Shown in pieces: positions 1-9,295 of a DNA stretch of 64,000 nucleotides; the stretch's first letter is position 1; each line of letters starts with the position of its first letter. A program made the position numbers and the translations under genes. The stretch is from Gammaproteobacteria bacterium (GTDB lineage: Bacteria > Pseudomonadota > Gammaproteobacteria > Steroidobacterales > Rariloculaceae), in the NCBI GenBank assembly GCA_963664945.1, contig OY761822.1, positions 406,080 through 470,079 on the forward strand. Direction: 5' to 3'. A model generated the notes under the pieces. It was not told where the DNA came from and made no database searches. It worked only from the letters and a program-made list of their open reading frames with translations.

Positions 1-1006
1 CAAGGTGGTCAACAGGTTCCTCACCCGGCATTTTACAAACTATGTGGACTATGAGTTCACGGCCCGCATGGAAGACCGACTCGACGCGGTGTCCCGGGGC
101 GAACGGGAATGGACCCCCCTGCTGGGCGAATTCTGGCAACCGTTCCGGAAGCGCGTCGACGAGATCGAGTCCTCGGTCACCCGCGCCGAGGCCGTCCCGC
201 CCAGACCGCTCGGAACCGATCCCAAGAGCGGCCGACCGGTGTTCGCGCGGATCGGGCGCTACGGACCGATGGTTCAGATCGGCGATGCCGGCGACGATGC
301 CAAGCCCGAGTTCGCCAGTCTGCTGCCGGGCCAGGAAATTGACCGAGTCACCCTTGAGGAGGCGCTGAAGCTGTTCACGCAGCCGCGGCGGTTGGGTACC
401 GATCCAGCCAGTGGCCGGCCAGTGTTCGCCAGCCGCGGCCGATACGGCCCGTTCGTCCAGCTTGGCGCCCGGGGCGACAAACCCAAGCCCGCCTACTCCA
501 GTCTGCTGCCCGGTCAGGAAGTTGACCGCATCGGCCTTGAAGATGCGCTGCAATTGCTGCGGTTGCCGCGAGATCTCGGCGAAACCGAGTCCGGCGAGCC
601 CGTGTCCGCCGGTATCGGGCGGCTCGGGCCATATGTGCGTTACGGCAAAACCTACGTGAACCTGCGCGAAGACAATCCCTGCGCCATCGAGCTGCCGCGA
701 GCGCTGGAACTGATCGCGCAGCACATCGCCAGCGGGGGATCCCGCGGCAGGCGCAAGGCCGCCCGGAAGCCGATAGTGGAATTCGCCGAGGCCGGCATCA
801 CCGTGCTCAACGGCCGCTACGGGCCCTACGTGACCGACGGCAAGAAAAACGCCAGCGTTCCCAAGGACCGCCAGCCGGAAGAACTGACGCTTGAAGAGTG
901 CAGGGAACTCATCGCCGCCGCGCCGCAGCGCCGCGCCCGCGGCAAGCGGCGGACCAAGGGCGGCGCCCGGCGACGGCGGGCCGGAACATCCGCAAAGGAC
1001 ACTTGA
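1..1006 (+). CDS. topA: DNA topoisomerase I, C-terminal part (5' end lies upstream of window)
   Basis: 333-aa ORF with repeated G(R)YGP(M/F/Y)V modules and a basic tail, typical of the bacterial TopA C-terminal domain. The frame is open to the window edge. Confidence 0.85.
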   Translation, partial: KVVNRFLTRHFTNYVDYEFTARMEDRLDAVSRGEREWTPLLGEFWQPFRKRVDEIESSVTRAEAVPPRPLGTDPKSGRPVFARIGRYGPMVQIGDAGDDAKPEFASLLPGQEIDRVTLEEALKLFTQPRRLGTDPASGRPVFASRGRYGPFVQLGARGDKPKPAYSSLLPGQEVDRIGLEDALQLLRLPRDLGETESGEPVSAGIGRLGPYVRYGKTYVNLREDNPCAIELPRALELIAQHIASGGSRGRRKAARKPIVEFAEAGITVLNGRYGPYVTDGKKNASVPKDRQPEELTLEECRELIAAAPQRRARGKRRTKGGARRRRAGTSAKDT

Positions 1007-1082
1007 GCCGTCGGCATTCCCGGAGACGCGCTTGGGGTGTTTACCATGGCGATCATCGCCAATGTGAAAGGGTCGTAGTTCC

Positions 1083-1640
1083 GTGTCACGGGTTCACTTG
1101 GAAAAAGCCGCGCGCATCCTGCACCGGGGCGGGCTGATCGCCTATCCCACCGAGGCCGTCTACGGACTGGGCTGCCTGCCCGGGGAGCGGCGCGCGGTGG
1201 AGCGGTTGCTGGACGTCAAGAACCGCTCGTGGCGGAAGGGCTTTTCTCTCATCGCCGCCAGCCTCGATCAGATCGAGCCTCTGGTCGAACTTCCGGCGGG
1301 TCCGTTGGCCGATGAACTGCGCCGGAGTTGGCCCGGCCCCGTCACCTGGGTGCTGAACGCCCGCCCGGGCGTTCCATTCTGGCTGACCGGAGGCCGGGAT
1401 ACGCTGGCGGTTCGGGTAACTGGCCACCCCCTGTCGCGCCGATTGTGCGGAACCGCCGCGAGCCCGCTGATCTCGACCAGCGCCAATCGTTCACGCCGCC
1501 CGCCCCTGCGCCGGCATCTCCATGTACGGCGCGAGTTCGGCACTCGCGTGGACTACGTCTTGACCGGCGAACTGGGCGGAATGGCGAAACCCACCATGAT
1601 CAGGGACGGGCGCACCGGCGACGTCCTGAGGGCGTCCTGA
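1083..1640 (+). CDS. tsaC: L-threonylcarbamoyladenylate synthase (YrdC/TsaC family)
   Basis: N-terminus GGLIAYPTEAVYGLGC and later STSAN match YrdC/Sua5-domain signatures. GTG start. Confidence 0.85.
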   Translation: MSRVHLEKAARILHRGGLIAYPTEAVYGLGCLPGERRAVERLLDVKNRSWRKGFSLIAASLDQIEPLVELPAGPLADELRRSWPGPVTWVLNARPGVPFWLTGGRDTLAVRVTGHPLSRRLCGTAASPLISTSANRSRRPPLRRHLHVRREFGTRVDYVLTGELGGMAKPTMIRDGRTGDVLRAS

Positions 1641-1722
1641 GCCGGCGCCGTCCGTTGCGGAAGACGATGCCTGCGATTATGTTGATCGATCGACAATTTC
1701 CGATACGGTGCGACGATTGACA

Positions 1723-2625
1723 ATGCCAACCAACCGTCAACGCGATTCGTCCACCGAGCCTGCGGACCCAGCGGGCCGGGGGGGCCGCAACACCAGCCCC
1801 GACCGCTACGCGGTCATCGGCTTTCCGATCGATCACAGCCACTCTCCGCTCATCCACCGGCTGTTCGCCGAACAAACCGGAGAGAACCTGGCCTATACGC
1901 GCCTTGCCGCGAAGCCAGAGGAGTTCCATCGCGCCGTGCGACGGTTCGCCGCCGACGGGGGCAGGGGACTGAACGTCACCGTGCCCCACAAGGAGGCGGC
2001 CTTCGAACTGGCCGACGAAATCGGACCGGAAGCCGGGCGCGCCGGAGCCGTCAACACCCTCTCATTCACCGACGACGGCCGCATTCGCGGCGACAATACC
2101 GACGGCATCGGTTTCCGTCGCGATATTGAGCGCAATCACGAACTTGCATTGCGCGGGAAACGGACGCTGGTGCTGGGAGCGGGCGGCGCCGCCAGGGGCG
2201 TGGTTGCCGCGTTGCTGGATGCACGGCCGGGAGAGCTTGTGCTGGCCAACCGTACTGTCCATCGGGCCACGGATCTGCTGGCCACCCTGGGCGCGCCCGC
2301 CAACTTCTCCGCGTGCCCGCTACCCGCGTTGAGCGATAGGGAGCCCTTCGATGTGGTCGTCAACGCAACCTCGCTGGGGTTGCACGCCGCAAAGCTGCCT
2401 TTCCCGCCGGGCTGCCTTTCAGAGGAGACGTTCGCCTACGACCTCATTTACGGCCCGCAACGAACGCCCTTCGTCGACTGGGCCACCCGGCACGGCGCCG
2501 GCAAGGCCGTCCAGGGCTGGGGCATGCTGGTTGAACAGGCTGCGGAGTCGTTCGCCATCTGGCGGGGCGTTCGGCCCGACACCGCCCCGGTATTGAAACG
2601 CGTACTGGAACAAGTCCGCAACTGA
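1723..2625 (+). CDS. aroE: shikimate dehydrogenase
   Basis: YAVIGFPIDHSHSPLIH, NVTVPHK, NTDGIGF and GAGGAARG motifs. Start uncertain (GTG 1708 or ATG 1723). Confidence 0.9.
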   Translation: MPTNRQRDSSTEPADPAGRGGRNTSPDRYAVIGFPIDHSHSPLIHRLFAEQTGENLAYTRLAAKPEEFHRAVRRFAADGGRGLNVTVPHKEAAFELADEIGPEAGRAGAVNTLSFTDDGRIRGDNTDGIGFRRDIERNHELALRGKRTLVLGAGGAARGVVAALLDARPGELVLANRTVHRATDLLATLGAPANFSACPLPALSDREPFDVVVNATSLGLHAAKLPFPPGCLSEETFAYDLIYGPQRTPFVDWATRHGAGKAVQGWGMLVEQAAESFAIWRGVRPDTAPVLKRVLEQVRN

Positions 2626-2662
2626 ATTCCACCCTTGAACCATATCCGCGCATCCCCATAGC

Positions 2663-2805
2663 GAGGGTGTGTGCGGACAGCCCTTTCGGGCGTCGTGGGC
2701 GAGGAACGGGCCAGGGATGGCGCAGAGTGACGAGCCCCCGATCCGACCCCCGCCAGGGATGGCGGGGGGAGGTTTAGCCCGAAAGGGCTGTCCGCGCGCA
2801 CCCTC
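2663..2805. repeat. MITE/REP-like element, copy 1 (terminal IR GGGTGTGTGCGGACAGCCCTTTC)
   Basis: About 143 bp bounded by near-perfect ~23-bp inverted termini. A second copy at 50445..50583 lies in the opposite orientation. It sits between the convergent aroE and gor genes. Confidence 0.8.
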
Positions 2806-2829
2806 GCCACCACCAGCGCAATAGACCAA

Positions 2830-4197
2830 TCAACGCATGGTGACAAACTCTTCCGCGCTCGTAGGATGGATCGCCACCGTGTTGTCGATATCCGTCTTGG
2901 TCGCTCCCATGGTGACCGCCACCGCGAACCCCTGCAGCATCTCGTCCGCCCCGGTCCCGATCAGGTGACAACCCGCCACCCGCTCATCCTTCCCCACGGT
3001 AACCAGCTTCATCACCGTCCTGGGCTTGTGTTCCGTCAGTGCGTTGTACATCGGCACGAATTCGGACCGGTAAACACGCACCGAATCATCCCCGAACCGC
3101 TCCCGCGCCTGCGCCTCCGACAGCCCGACCGTACCCACCGGCGGGTGGGAGAAAATCACCGAAGGAATATTGTCGTAGCTCAGGCGCCGGTCCGGCTGGC
3201 CGCCGAACAACCGGTCCGCCAGGCGCCGGCCGGCGGCGATGGCGACCGGAGTCAGTTGCGCCTTTCCGGTGACGTCGCCCACGGCGCAGATTCCGCTGAC
3301 ACTGGTATTCTGGTGGGCGTCCACGACCACGTGCCCGCGGGGTCCCGTTGCGACGCCCGCCCCGGGGAGATCGAGTGCCGCGGTGTTGGGGCTCCGGCCG
3401 ATCGCCCACAACAGGCAATCGAACCCTTCGAATTCACGCCCGTCGGCGGTTCGTACGGTCAGGCCGCCATCGCCGGATTGCACCGATTCGGGCACCGCGC
3501 CGGTGACCACGTCAATTCCCGCCGCGCGCATGTGCTCGACGAGATGCCGGCCGAGCGCGGACTCGAAGGCACGCAGGAGGCCGTCGTATCGAACCAGTTG
3601 CACCACCTCGCCGCCCAGCGCTCGCAGCACCCCGGCAAGCTCCACCGCGATATAGCCGCTGCCGATCACGGCCGTGCGGCGGGGTAACGCCTCAAGCTCG
3701 AAAAATCCGTCGGAGGTAATTCCCCGTTCAGCCCCGGGCAGGTCGGGGACGATGGGATAACCGCCCGTGGCGATGAGCACATGGTCGGCGCCAAGGACAT
3801 GGCCGCGGTCCGTCGTGACCCGATTCGCCGCGGTGAAGCGCCCGCCCCCCCGAACCCAGTCGATGGACTTGCGCTCCAGGTTCCGCCGGTAGATCCCGTT
3901 GAGCCTCTTCACATAGGCGTCGCGGCGGAGCTTGAGCGCCGCCCAGTCGTGGCCGTGGCGGGTGACGCTGAAGCCGTAGCCGGCTGCGTCATCCAGGGCG
4001 TGCGCCAGTTGAGCCGCGTTCCACATCACCTTCTTCGGAACGCAGCCGACGTTCACACACGTGCCGCCCAGCCGTCCGGGCTCGACTACCGCCACCCGGG
4101 CACCGTACTCCGCGGCGCGCTGCGCCGCGGCCAGGCCGCCGCTGCCGCCACCCAGAACGACGAAATCGTAAGTCGTCACCGTAAAGCCCCCAGCCAC
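2830..4197 (-). CDS. gor: glutathione-disulfide reductase
   Basis: GGGSGG dinucleotide fold, redox-active [14 protein letters not shown]-terminal [12 protein letters not shown]. Start is GTG 4197 or a GTG about 15 nt downstream. Confidence 0.9.
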   Translation of the reverse strand: MAGGFTVTTYDFVVLGGGSGGLAAAQRAAEYGARVAVVEPGRLGGTCVNVGCVPKKVMWNAAQLAHALDDAAGYGFSVTRHGHDWAALKLRRDAYVKRLNGIYRRNLERKSIDWVRGGGRFTAANRVTTDRGHVLGADHVLIATGGYPIVPDLPGAERGITSDGFFELEALPRRTAVIGSGYIAVELAGVLRALGGEVVQLVRYDGLLRAFESALGRHLVEHMRAAGIDVVTGAVPESVQSGDGGLTVRTADGREFEGFDCLLWAIGRSPNTAALDLPGAGVATGPRGHVVVDAHQNTSVSGICAVGDVTGKAQLTPVAIAAGRRLADRLFGGQPDRRLSYDNIPSVIFSHPPVGTVGLSEAQARERFGDDSVRVYRSEFVPMYNALTEHKPRTVMKLVTVGKDERVAGCHLIGTGADEMLQGFAVAVTMGATKTDIDNTVAIHPTSAEEFVTMR

Positions 4198-4310
4198 CCG
4201 AAATCGAGGCGCAGCTTAACAGGAAAGATGGTAGTGTTTCGCTCGGCCCAGGGCGGGTTGATTCTGCTGCTGCGACAGTCCGGCATCGACAAGGGAGGAC
4301 ACAAGGAACC

Positions 4311-5081
4311 GTGAAGATCGCGACCTGGAACGTCAACAGCCTCCGGGTTCGGCTGGAGCACGTCACAGACTGGCTGAAGCAGGCCGAGCCCGACGTGCTG
4401 GGGCTGCAGGAAACCAAGGTGACCGACGACCTGTTTCCCGCGGATGCGTTCGAGGACCTGGGTTACCACGTCGCCTACAGCGGCCAGCCCACCTACAACG
4501 GCGTCGCGATGGTTTCCCGGCTGCCGCCGGCGGATGTCGTCGTCGATCTGGACGGCTTCGAGGACCCCGCGCGGCGGGTGCTGGGCGCCACCTACGGCGA
4601 CGTTCGCGTGCTCAATCTGTACGTCCCCAACGGGCAGAGCGTGGGCTCGGAAAAGTACGACTACAAGCTCGCATGGCTGGCGGCGCTTGCAACCACCCTG
4701 CGGCGCGGTCTGCGGCGCCACAGCCACATGGTCGCCGTCGGCGATTTCAATATCGCCCCGGATGATCGGGACGTTCACGATCCCGTTCTGTGGGAGGGCA
4801 AGATACTGTGCAGCGACAGGGAGCGTGCGGCACTGGGCGATATCCTCGCTACGGGTTTCGAGGACACCTTCAGGCTGTTCGAGCAGGAGGAAAAGAGCTT
4901 TAGCTGGTGGGACTACCGCGCCGGTGGGTTTCGCAGGAACAACGGCATGAGAATCGACCTGATACTGGCGTCGACCGCGATGAGCGCCGCCTGCACCGGG
5001 TGCTCGATCGACATGGCGCCGCGCAGGCTGCAAAGGCCATCGGACCACACGCCGGTCGTGGCCGAGTTTTCGCTGCCTTGA
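4311..5081 (+). CDS. xthA: exodeoxyribonuclease III
   Basis: MKIATWNVNSLRVR..., LQETK, GDFNIAP and SDHTPV match the EEP-family ExoIII pattern. Confidence 0.9.
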   Translation: MKIATWNVNSLRVRLEHVTDWLKQAEPDVLGLQETKVTDDLFPADAFEDLGYHVAYSGQPTYNGVAMVSRLPPADVVVDLDGFEDPARRVLGATYGDVRVLNLYVPNGQSVGSEKYDYKLAWLAALATTLRRGLRRHSHMVAVGDFNIAPDDRDVHDPVLWEGKILCSDRERAALGDILATGFEDTFRLFEQEEKSFSWWDYRAGGFRRNNGMRIDLILASTAMSAACTGCSIDMAPRRLQRPSDHTPVVAEFSLP

Positions 5082-5168
5082 TCGCAGCACCAGGCTCGCT
5101 TTCGCCATGTTGCCGCCGACCGGGCAATGTGGTCTATTCAGTCAACCAACAATAGGGAGGATAGCCGG

Positions 5169-5594
5169 ATGCTGAAGAAAATTGTCGGATACTACCTGGT
5201 CCTGGTGGCGGTGCTGGTCGGCGCACATGCCGTCGTCGAGCCGCTTTACCATGTCTCCACCGAAGCCCGGCCGTACAGTGCGAACTGGGACATTCTGAAC
5301 GCGATGATGATCGTGGCGCTCGTCCTCGGCATCGTCTACGGCTATCTCCGCAAGAGCGCCGCCGACAGCGACGGGGGCGGGGTGACCCGCGAATACCTTG
5401 CCGCGAACACGCTTTTCTACGGCTTCCTGTTCGTGAGCATCCTGTTCTTCTGGAACTGGTTCAATCTCCTGAGCCCGGAATTCACGGCCATTGGGGAGGA
5501 GACGGTTTCGCTGGTGTGGATCGTCATCGACGCGCTGCTGCCGTTGGTCACCGGCGCCATGGGAATCCATCTCGCGCGAAGCGGCGGCGACTGA
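5169..5594 (+). CDS. small integral membrane protein, function unknown
   Basis: ATG 5169 is preceded by a GGGAGGA Shine-Dalgarno sequence. Four hydrophobic segments. No recognisable family. Confidence 0.6.
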   Translation: MLKKIVGYYLVLVAVLVGAHAVVEPLYHVSTEARPYSANWDILNAMMIVALVLGIVYGYLRKSAADSDGGGVTREYLAANTLFYGFLFVSILFFWNWFNLLSPEFTAIGEETVSLVWIVIDALLPLVTGAMGIHLARSGGD

Positions 5595-5688
5595 CGGGCT
5601 TGCATGGAAAACCCTTTTCCGTGTGCGTCAACGCACCGCTCGCCGGGGCGATAACCGCTCCGCACCGGAACCGGCGGCGCGGCCCAGG

Positions 5689-7521
5689 CTATTCGACAGT
5701 GACCGACTTGGCGAGGTTGCGGGGACGATCCGGATCGGTGCCCTTCAGCAGCGCCACGTGATACGCCAGGAGCTGCAGGGGCACCGCGTACAGAAGGGGT
5801 TCCTGAATCGGTTGCACGTGGGCGGGCATGCGCAGAATCCGCACGCCGTCATCGGCGCCGAACTTAACGGCAGGATCGGCAAATACGTACAGCCTGCCGC
5901 CGCGCGCCCGGACTTCCTGAAGGTTCGACTGCAGCTTTGCCAGCAACTCGTTGTTGGGCGCCACGGCCACCACCGGCATGTCGTCGTCGACCAGCGCCAG
6001 CGGACCGTGCTTGAGTTCACCGGCCGCATAGGCCTCCGCGTGGATGTAGGAGAGTTCCTTGAGCTTCAATGCCCCTTCCATGGCCACCGGATTGAGCGCC
6101 CCGCGGCCCAGGAAAAGGGCATGGTGCTTGTCGGCGAAATCGCGCGCCAGTTCCGCGATGGCGCCCTCCAGCAACAGGCTCTGCTCCACCAGGCCGGGCA
6201 TTTCCGCCAGGTGGTTCACAAACAGGCGCTCGTTCTCGGCAGGTGCGCCGCCGTGCCGGGCCAAGGCAATGGTCAGCATTAGCAGCGCCGCCAGTTGCGA
6301 CGTGAAGGCCTTGGTGGAAGCCACGCCGATCTCCACGCCCGCTCGGGTGAGGAGCACCAGGTCCGCCTCGCGGGTCAGTGAGCTCTCCGCCACGTTGCAT
6401 ATCGCGAGCGTCGCGAGATAGCCCAGGTCCTTCGCGGCTCGCAACGCCGCCAGCGTGTCGGCGGTCTCGCCGGACTGGGATATGGCGACGAAGAGCGTAT
6501 TCTCCGGCACCACGGGAGACCGGTAGCGATACTCGCTGGCGATATCCACCGCACAGGGCAGCCGCGCGACCTCTTCCAACTGGTACCGCGCGACGAGTCC
6601 GGCATGGTAGCTGGTCCCGCAGGCGACGATGTGCACGCCCGCGGTACGCGCAAGGATCGATTGCGCGGCCGTGCCGAAGGCTGCATCGGAGACCGCGCCG
6701 TCTTCGATACGGTTCTCCATGGCCCGGGCCAGTGCCGCCGGCTGTTCGTGGATCTCCTTTTCCATGAAGTGGCGGTGATGCCCCAGGTCCACCGCGTCGG
6801 CGGTCTGCTCGCTTTGCCGAACCGGGCGTTGGGCCTCTCGTCCGGCCGCATCGAAAATCGTCACCGCCTCTCGCGTGACGACGGCGACATCCCCCTCCTC
6901 CAGAAACTGGAACCGTCGCGTAACCGGCACCAGCGCGGCCACGTCCGACGCCACCAGGTTGCCGTTGCCGCCCAGGCCCACGACCACCGGCGTGCCGACG
7001 CGGGCGGCGATCAGCGCGTCCGGTTGTTCCGCGCTCAGAACCACCATAGAGGCGTGCCCGCCATCCAGTTCGGGGACCGTGAGGCTCACGGCAAGCCGCA
7101 GGTCGCCGGTGCGCGCAAGGTGATAGTGCACGCGGTGTGCGATCACCTCGGTGTCGGTGTCGGAGCGGAATTCGTACCCTTCGGACTCCAACAGCTCGCG
7201 CAGCGCCGCATGATTCTCGATGATGCCGTTGTGTACGACGGCGACTCCGCCGGATGTATGGGGATGGGCGTTGGCTTCGCTGGGCCTGCCGTGGGTCGCC
7301 CAGCGGGTATGGGCAATGCCCGAGGAGCCGCTCAAGGGGGCCCCGTTCAGTGCGTCCCGCAGCGTCTGGACCTTGCCCAGCCGCCTCAGGCGCCGCAGCT
7401 TGCCGCCACTGGCCAGTGCCACGCCCGCGGAGTCGTAGCCGCGGTACTCCAGACGCCGCAACCCTTCCATCAGGACCGGGGTCACGTCCCGGTCCGCGAC
7501 CATTCCGACGATGCCGCACAT
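5689..7521 (-). CDS. glmS: glutamine--fructose-6-phosphate aminotransferase
   Basis: The canonical N-terminus MCGIVG starts at codon 80 of the 689-aa track ORF (ATG at 7521). It ends ...KSVTVE. The upstream 79 codons are a GC-rich open-frame artefact. Confidence 0.95.
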   Translation of the reverse strand: MCGIVGMVADRDVTPVLMEGLRRLEYRGYDSAGVALASGGKLRRLRRLGKVQTLRDALNGAPLSGSSGIAHTRWATHGRPSEANAHPHTSGGVAVVHNGIIENHAALRELLESEGYEFRSDTDTEVIAHRVHYHLARTGDLRLAVSLTVPELDGGHASMVVLSAEQPDALIAARVGTPVVVGLGGNGNLVASDVAALVPVTRRFQFLEEGDVAVVTREAVTIFDAAGREAQRPVRQSEQTADAVDLGHHRHFMEKEIHEQPAALARAMENRIEDGAVSDAAFGTAAQSILARTAGVHIVACGTSYHAGLVARYQLEEVARLPCAVDIASEYRYRSPVVPENTLFVAISQSGETADTLAALRAAKDLGYLATLAICNVAESSLTREADLVLLTRAGVEIGVASTKAFTSQLAALLMLTIALARHGGAPAENERLFVNHLAEMPGLVEQSLLLEGAIAELARDFADKHHALFLGRGALNPVAMEGALKLKELSYIHAEAYAAGELKHGPLALVDDDMPVVAVAPNNELLAKLQSNLQEVRARGGRLYVFADPAVKFGADDGVRILRMPAHVQPIQEPLLYAVPLQLLAYHVALLKGTDPDRPRNLAKSVTVE

Positions 7522-7535
7522 CTCTAGCGCTCCAG

Positions 7536-8930
7536 TTACGACTCGCGCTTGGTCGGCCGCTTCCAGCCCTTGACCGAACTCTGGCGCTTCCGGGCCACTG
7601 CCAGGGTTTCGGCAGGAACATCCCGGGTAATTGTAGAGCCCGCCGCGATGGTCGCGCCCTCGCCGACCTGCAGCGGTGCGACCAGCATTGAACCGGAACC
7701 CACAAAGACCCGGTCGCCGATCTCCGTGCGGTGCTTGTTGGCGCCGTCGTAGTTGCACGTCACGGCACCGGCGCCGATGTTGCTGTCACGGCCAATGTTC
7801 GTATCGCCGACATAGCTCAAATGGTTCACCTTTACGCCCGAGGCCAGCCGGCCCGCCTTGACCTCGACGAAGTTGCCCACCTTGACGCGCTCGTCGAACT
7901 CGGTCCCGGGCCGCAGCCGTGCGAAGGGGCCGATCTCGCAGTCACTGCCGGCGATGACCCCATCAATGACGCAGTTGGCGTGCACAGTGCAATCGTCGCC
8001 AAGCCAACTTTCCGAAATTACGGCGTTCGGGCCGATGCGGACCCGATCCCCGAGCGTGACATTTCCGCTGAAAACTGCTCCCACGTCGATGAACACGTCG
8101 CGGCCCACGGCCAACCGGCCGCGCAGATCGAACCTGGAGGGGTCGGCAAGCGTGACCCCCCGGTCCAGCAGTTCCCTGGCGTAACGCCGCTGCATGGCTC
8201 GCTCCGCTTGAGCCAGTTGCCGACGGTCGTTTACGCCCATTGCCTCATCCGGACCGGCCACCGGAACACCGCACACCGGCACATCGTCTGCCACCGCCAT
8301 GGCGATCACGTCGGTCAGGTAGAGTTCACCCTGGCTGTTGGCGCTGTCCAGTCGGCCCAGCCAGCGGCGGGCGGCCTCGGCGGGCAGCACCATGACGCCC
8401 GTGTTGATTTCCTTGACGGCAAGCTCCTCCGGGCTGGCGTCGGAATCCTCGACCACCGCCGCGACAGACCCCACCTCGTCGCGCAAAACGCGACCGTAAC
8501 CGGATGGCTCGTCGACCGTCGCGGTCAGCAGCCCCAGCCCTTGGCCATCGGTCTGCTCGATCAGGCGCTCAAGGCTGGTGGGGGAAATCAGCGGCATGTC
8601 GCCGCACAGAACAAGAACCCGATTCCCATCCGGGATACGTGGAAGCGCCTGAGCAAGTGCGTGTCCTGTGCCGAGTTGTTCGGTCTGATGGGTCCAGATC
8701 AGGTCCCGACCTGCGAAAGCGTTGCGCACGGCTCCCCCACCGTGCCCATAGACGATGTTGAGTGTGTCCGGACCAAGTGCCTCCGCTGCATCCAGGGCGT
8801 GGGACAGTATCGGTCGCCCGGCGAGGGATTGCAGCACCTTCGGACGCGAGGAATTCATGCGCCGCCCCTGACCGGCGGCCAACACCACAACAGTCACGGG
8901 GCTGGGTGGATCGCGTTCCGGAGCATTCAT
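7536..8930 (-). CDS. glmU: bifunctional UDP-N-acetylglucosamine pyrophosphorylase / GlcN-1-P acetyltransferase
   Basis: VVVLAAGQGRRMNS nucleotidyltransferase motif and C-terminal hexapeptide repeats. ATG 8930 chosen. The frame stays open upstream to 9131. Confidence 0.93.
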   Translation of the reverse strand: MNAPERDPPSPVTVVVLAAGQGRRMNSSRPKVLQSLAGRPILSHALDAAEALGPDTLNIVYGHGGGAVRNAFAGRDLIWTHQTEQLGTGHALAQALPRIPDGNRVLVLCGDMPLISPTSLERLIEQTDGQGLGLLTATVDEPSGYGRVLRDEVGSVAAVVEDSDASPEELAVKEINTGVMVLPAEAARRWLGRLDSANSQGELYLTDVIAMAVADDVPVCGVPVAGPDEAMGVNDRRQLAQAERAMQRRYARELLDRGVTLADPSRFDLRGRLAVGRDVFIDVGAVFSGNVTLGDRVRIGPNAVISESWLGDDCTVHANCVIDGVIAGSDCEIGPFARLRPGTEFDERVKVGNFVEVKAGRLASGVKVNHLSYVGDTNIGRDSNIGAGAVTCNYDGANKHRTEIGDRVFVGSGSMLVAPLQVGEGATIAAGSTITRDVPAETLAVARKRQSSVKGWKRPTKRES

Positions 8931-9295
8931 GCCATCTCTGCTGGATGGTTGTACAACATCGGTCCGACACAACGGGACCGAACGCTTCCATTTTTTTCTC
9001 AGATCATCCAGTTCGTCTTCTTTGCAGATGACCTTTTCGTACTTTAACAAATCCGGATGCATTTGCTCGTGTGAGAATCCTGTGGGAGTGCGCCTTCGTC
9101 TGTTTACAACCCAAGAAGCTCTGGGTCGCATATCCCAAGATAGCGCGCCACGAAGTTGGCCGGAACTCCCAGGAGCCCTCCCAGCGCACTGTAAGTGCAG
9201 CGGACCTTGACGGCGTTCAGGCAGTCAAGAACCTCATTGGTAACACACTGTCTGTCGTTCTCAGTCACAAGAATTTGTCTTCCGGTCAACCTCAA
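8931..9295 (-). pseudogene. possible frameshifted ATL/MGMT-like (alkyltransferase-like DNA-binding domain) ORF
   Basis: Frame A (9295..9104) reads ...CTYSALGGLLGVPANFVARYLGICDPE.. then stops. Frame B (from 9131) reads ..ASWVVNRRRRTPTGFS..HPDLLKYEKV. Joined, they resemble ..TYG..A...G.P.AAR.VG.....PWHRVVN of YbaZ/Ogt-type proteins. Recognised from memory only. Confidence 0.3.

Noticed and set aside
7522-7758. 79-codon N-terminal extension of glmS
   Set aside because: GlmS must begin with Met-Cys (the catalytic Cys after Met removal). MCGIVG at 7521 fits, and the extension would overlap glmU.
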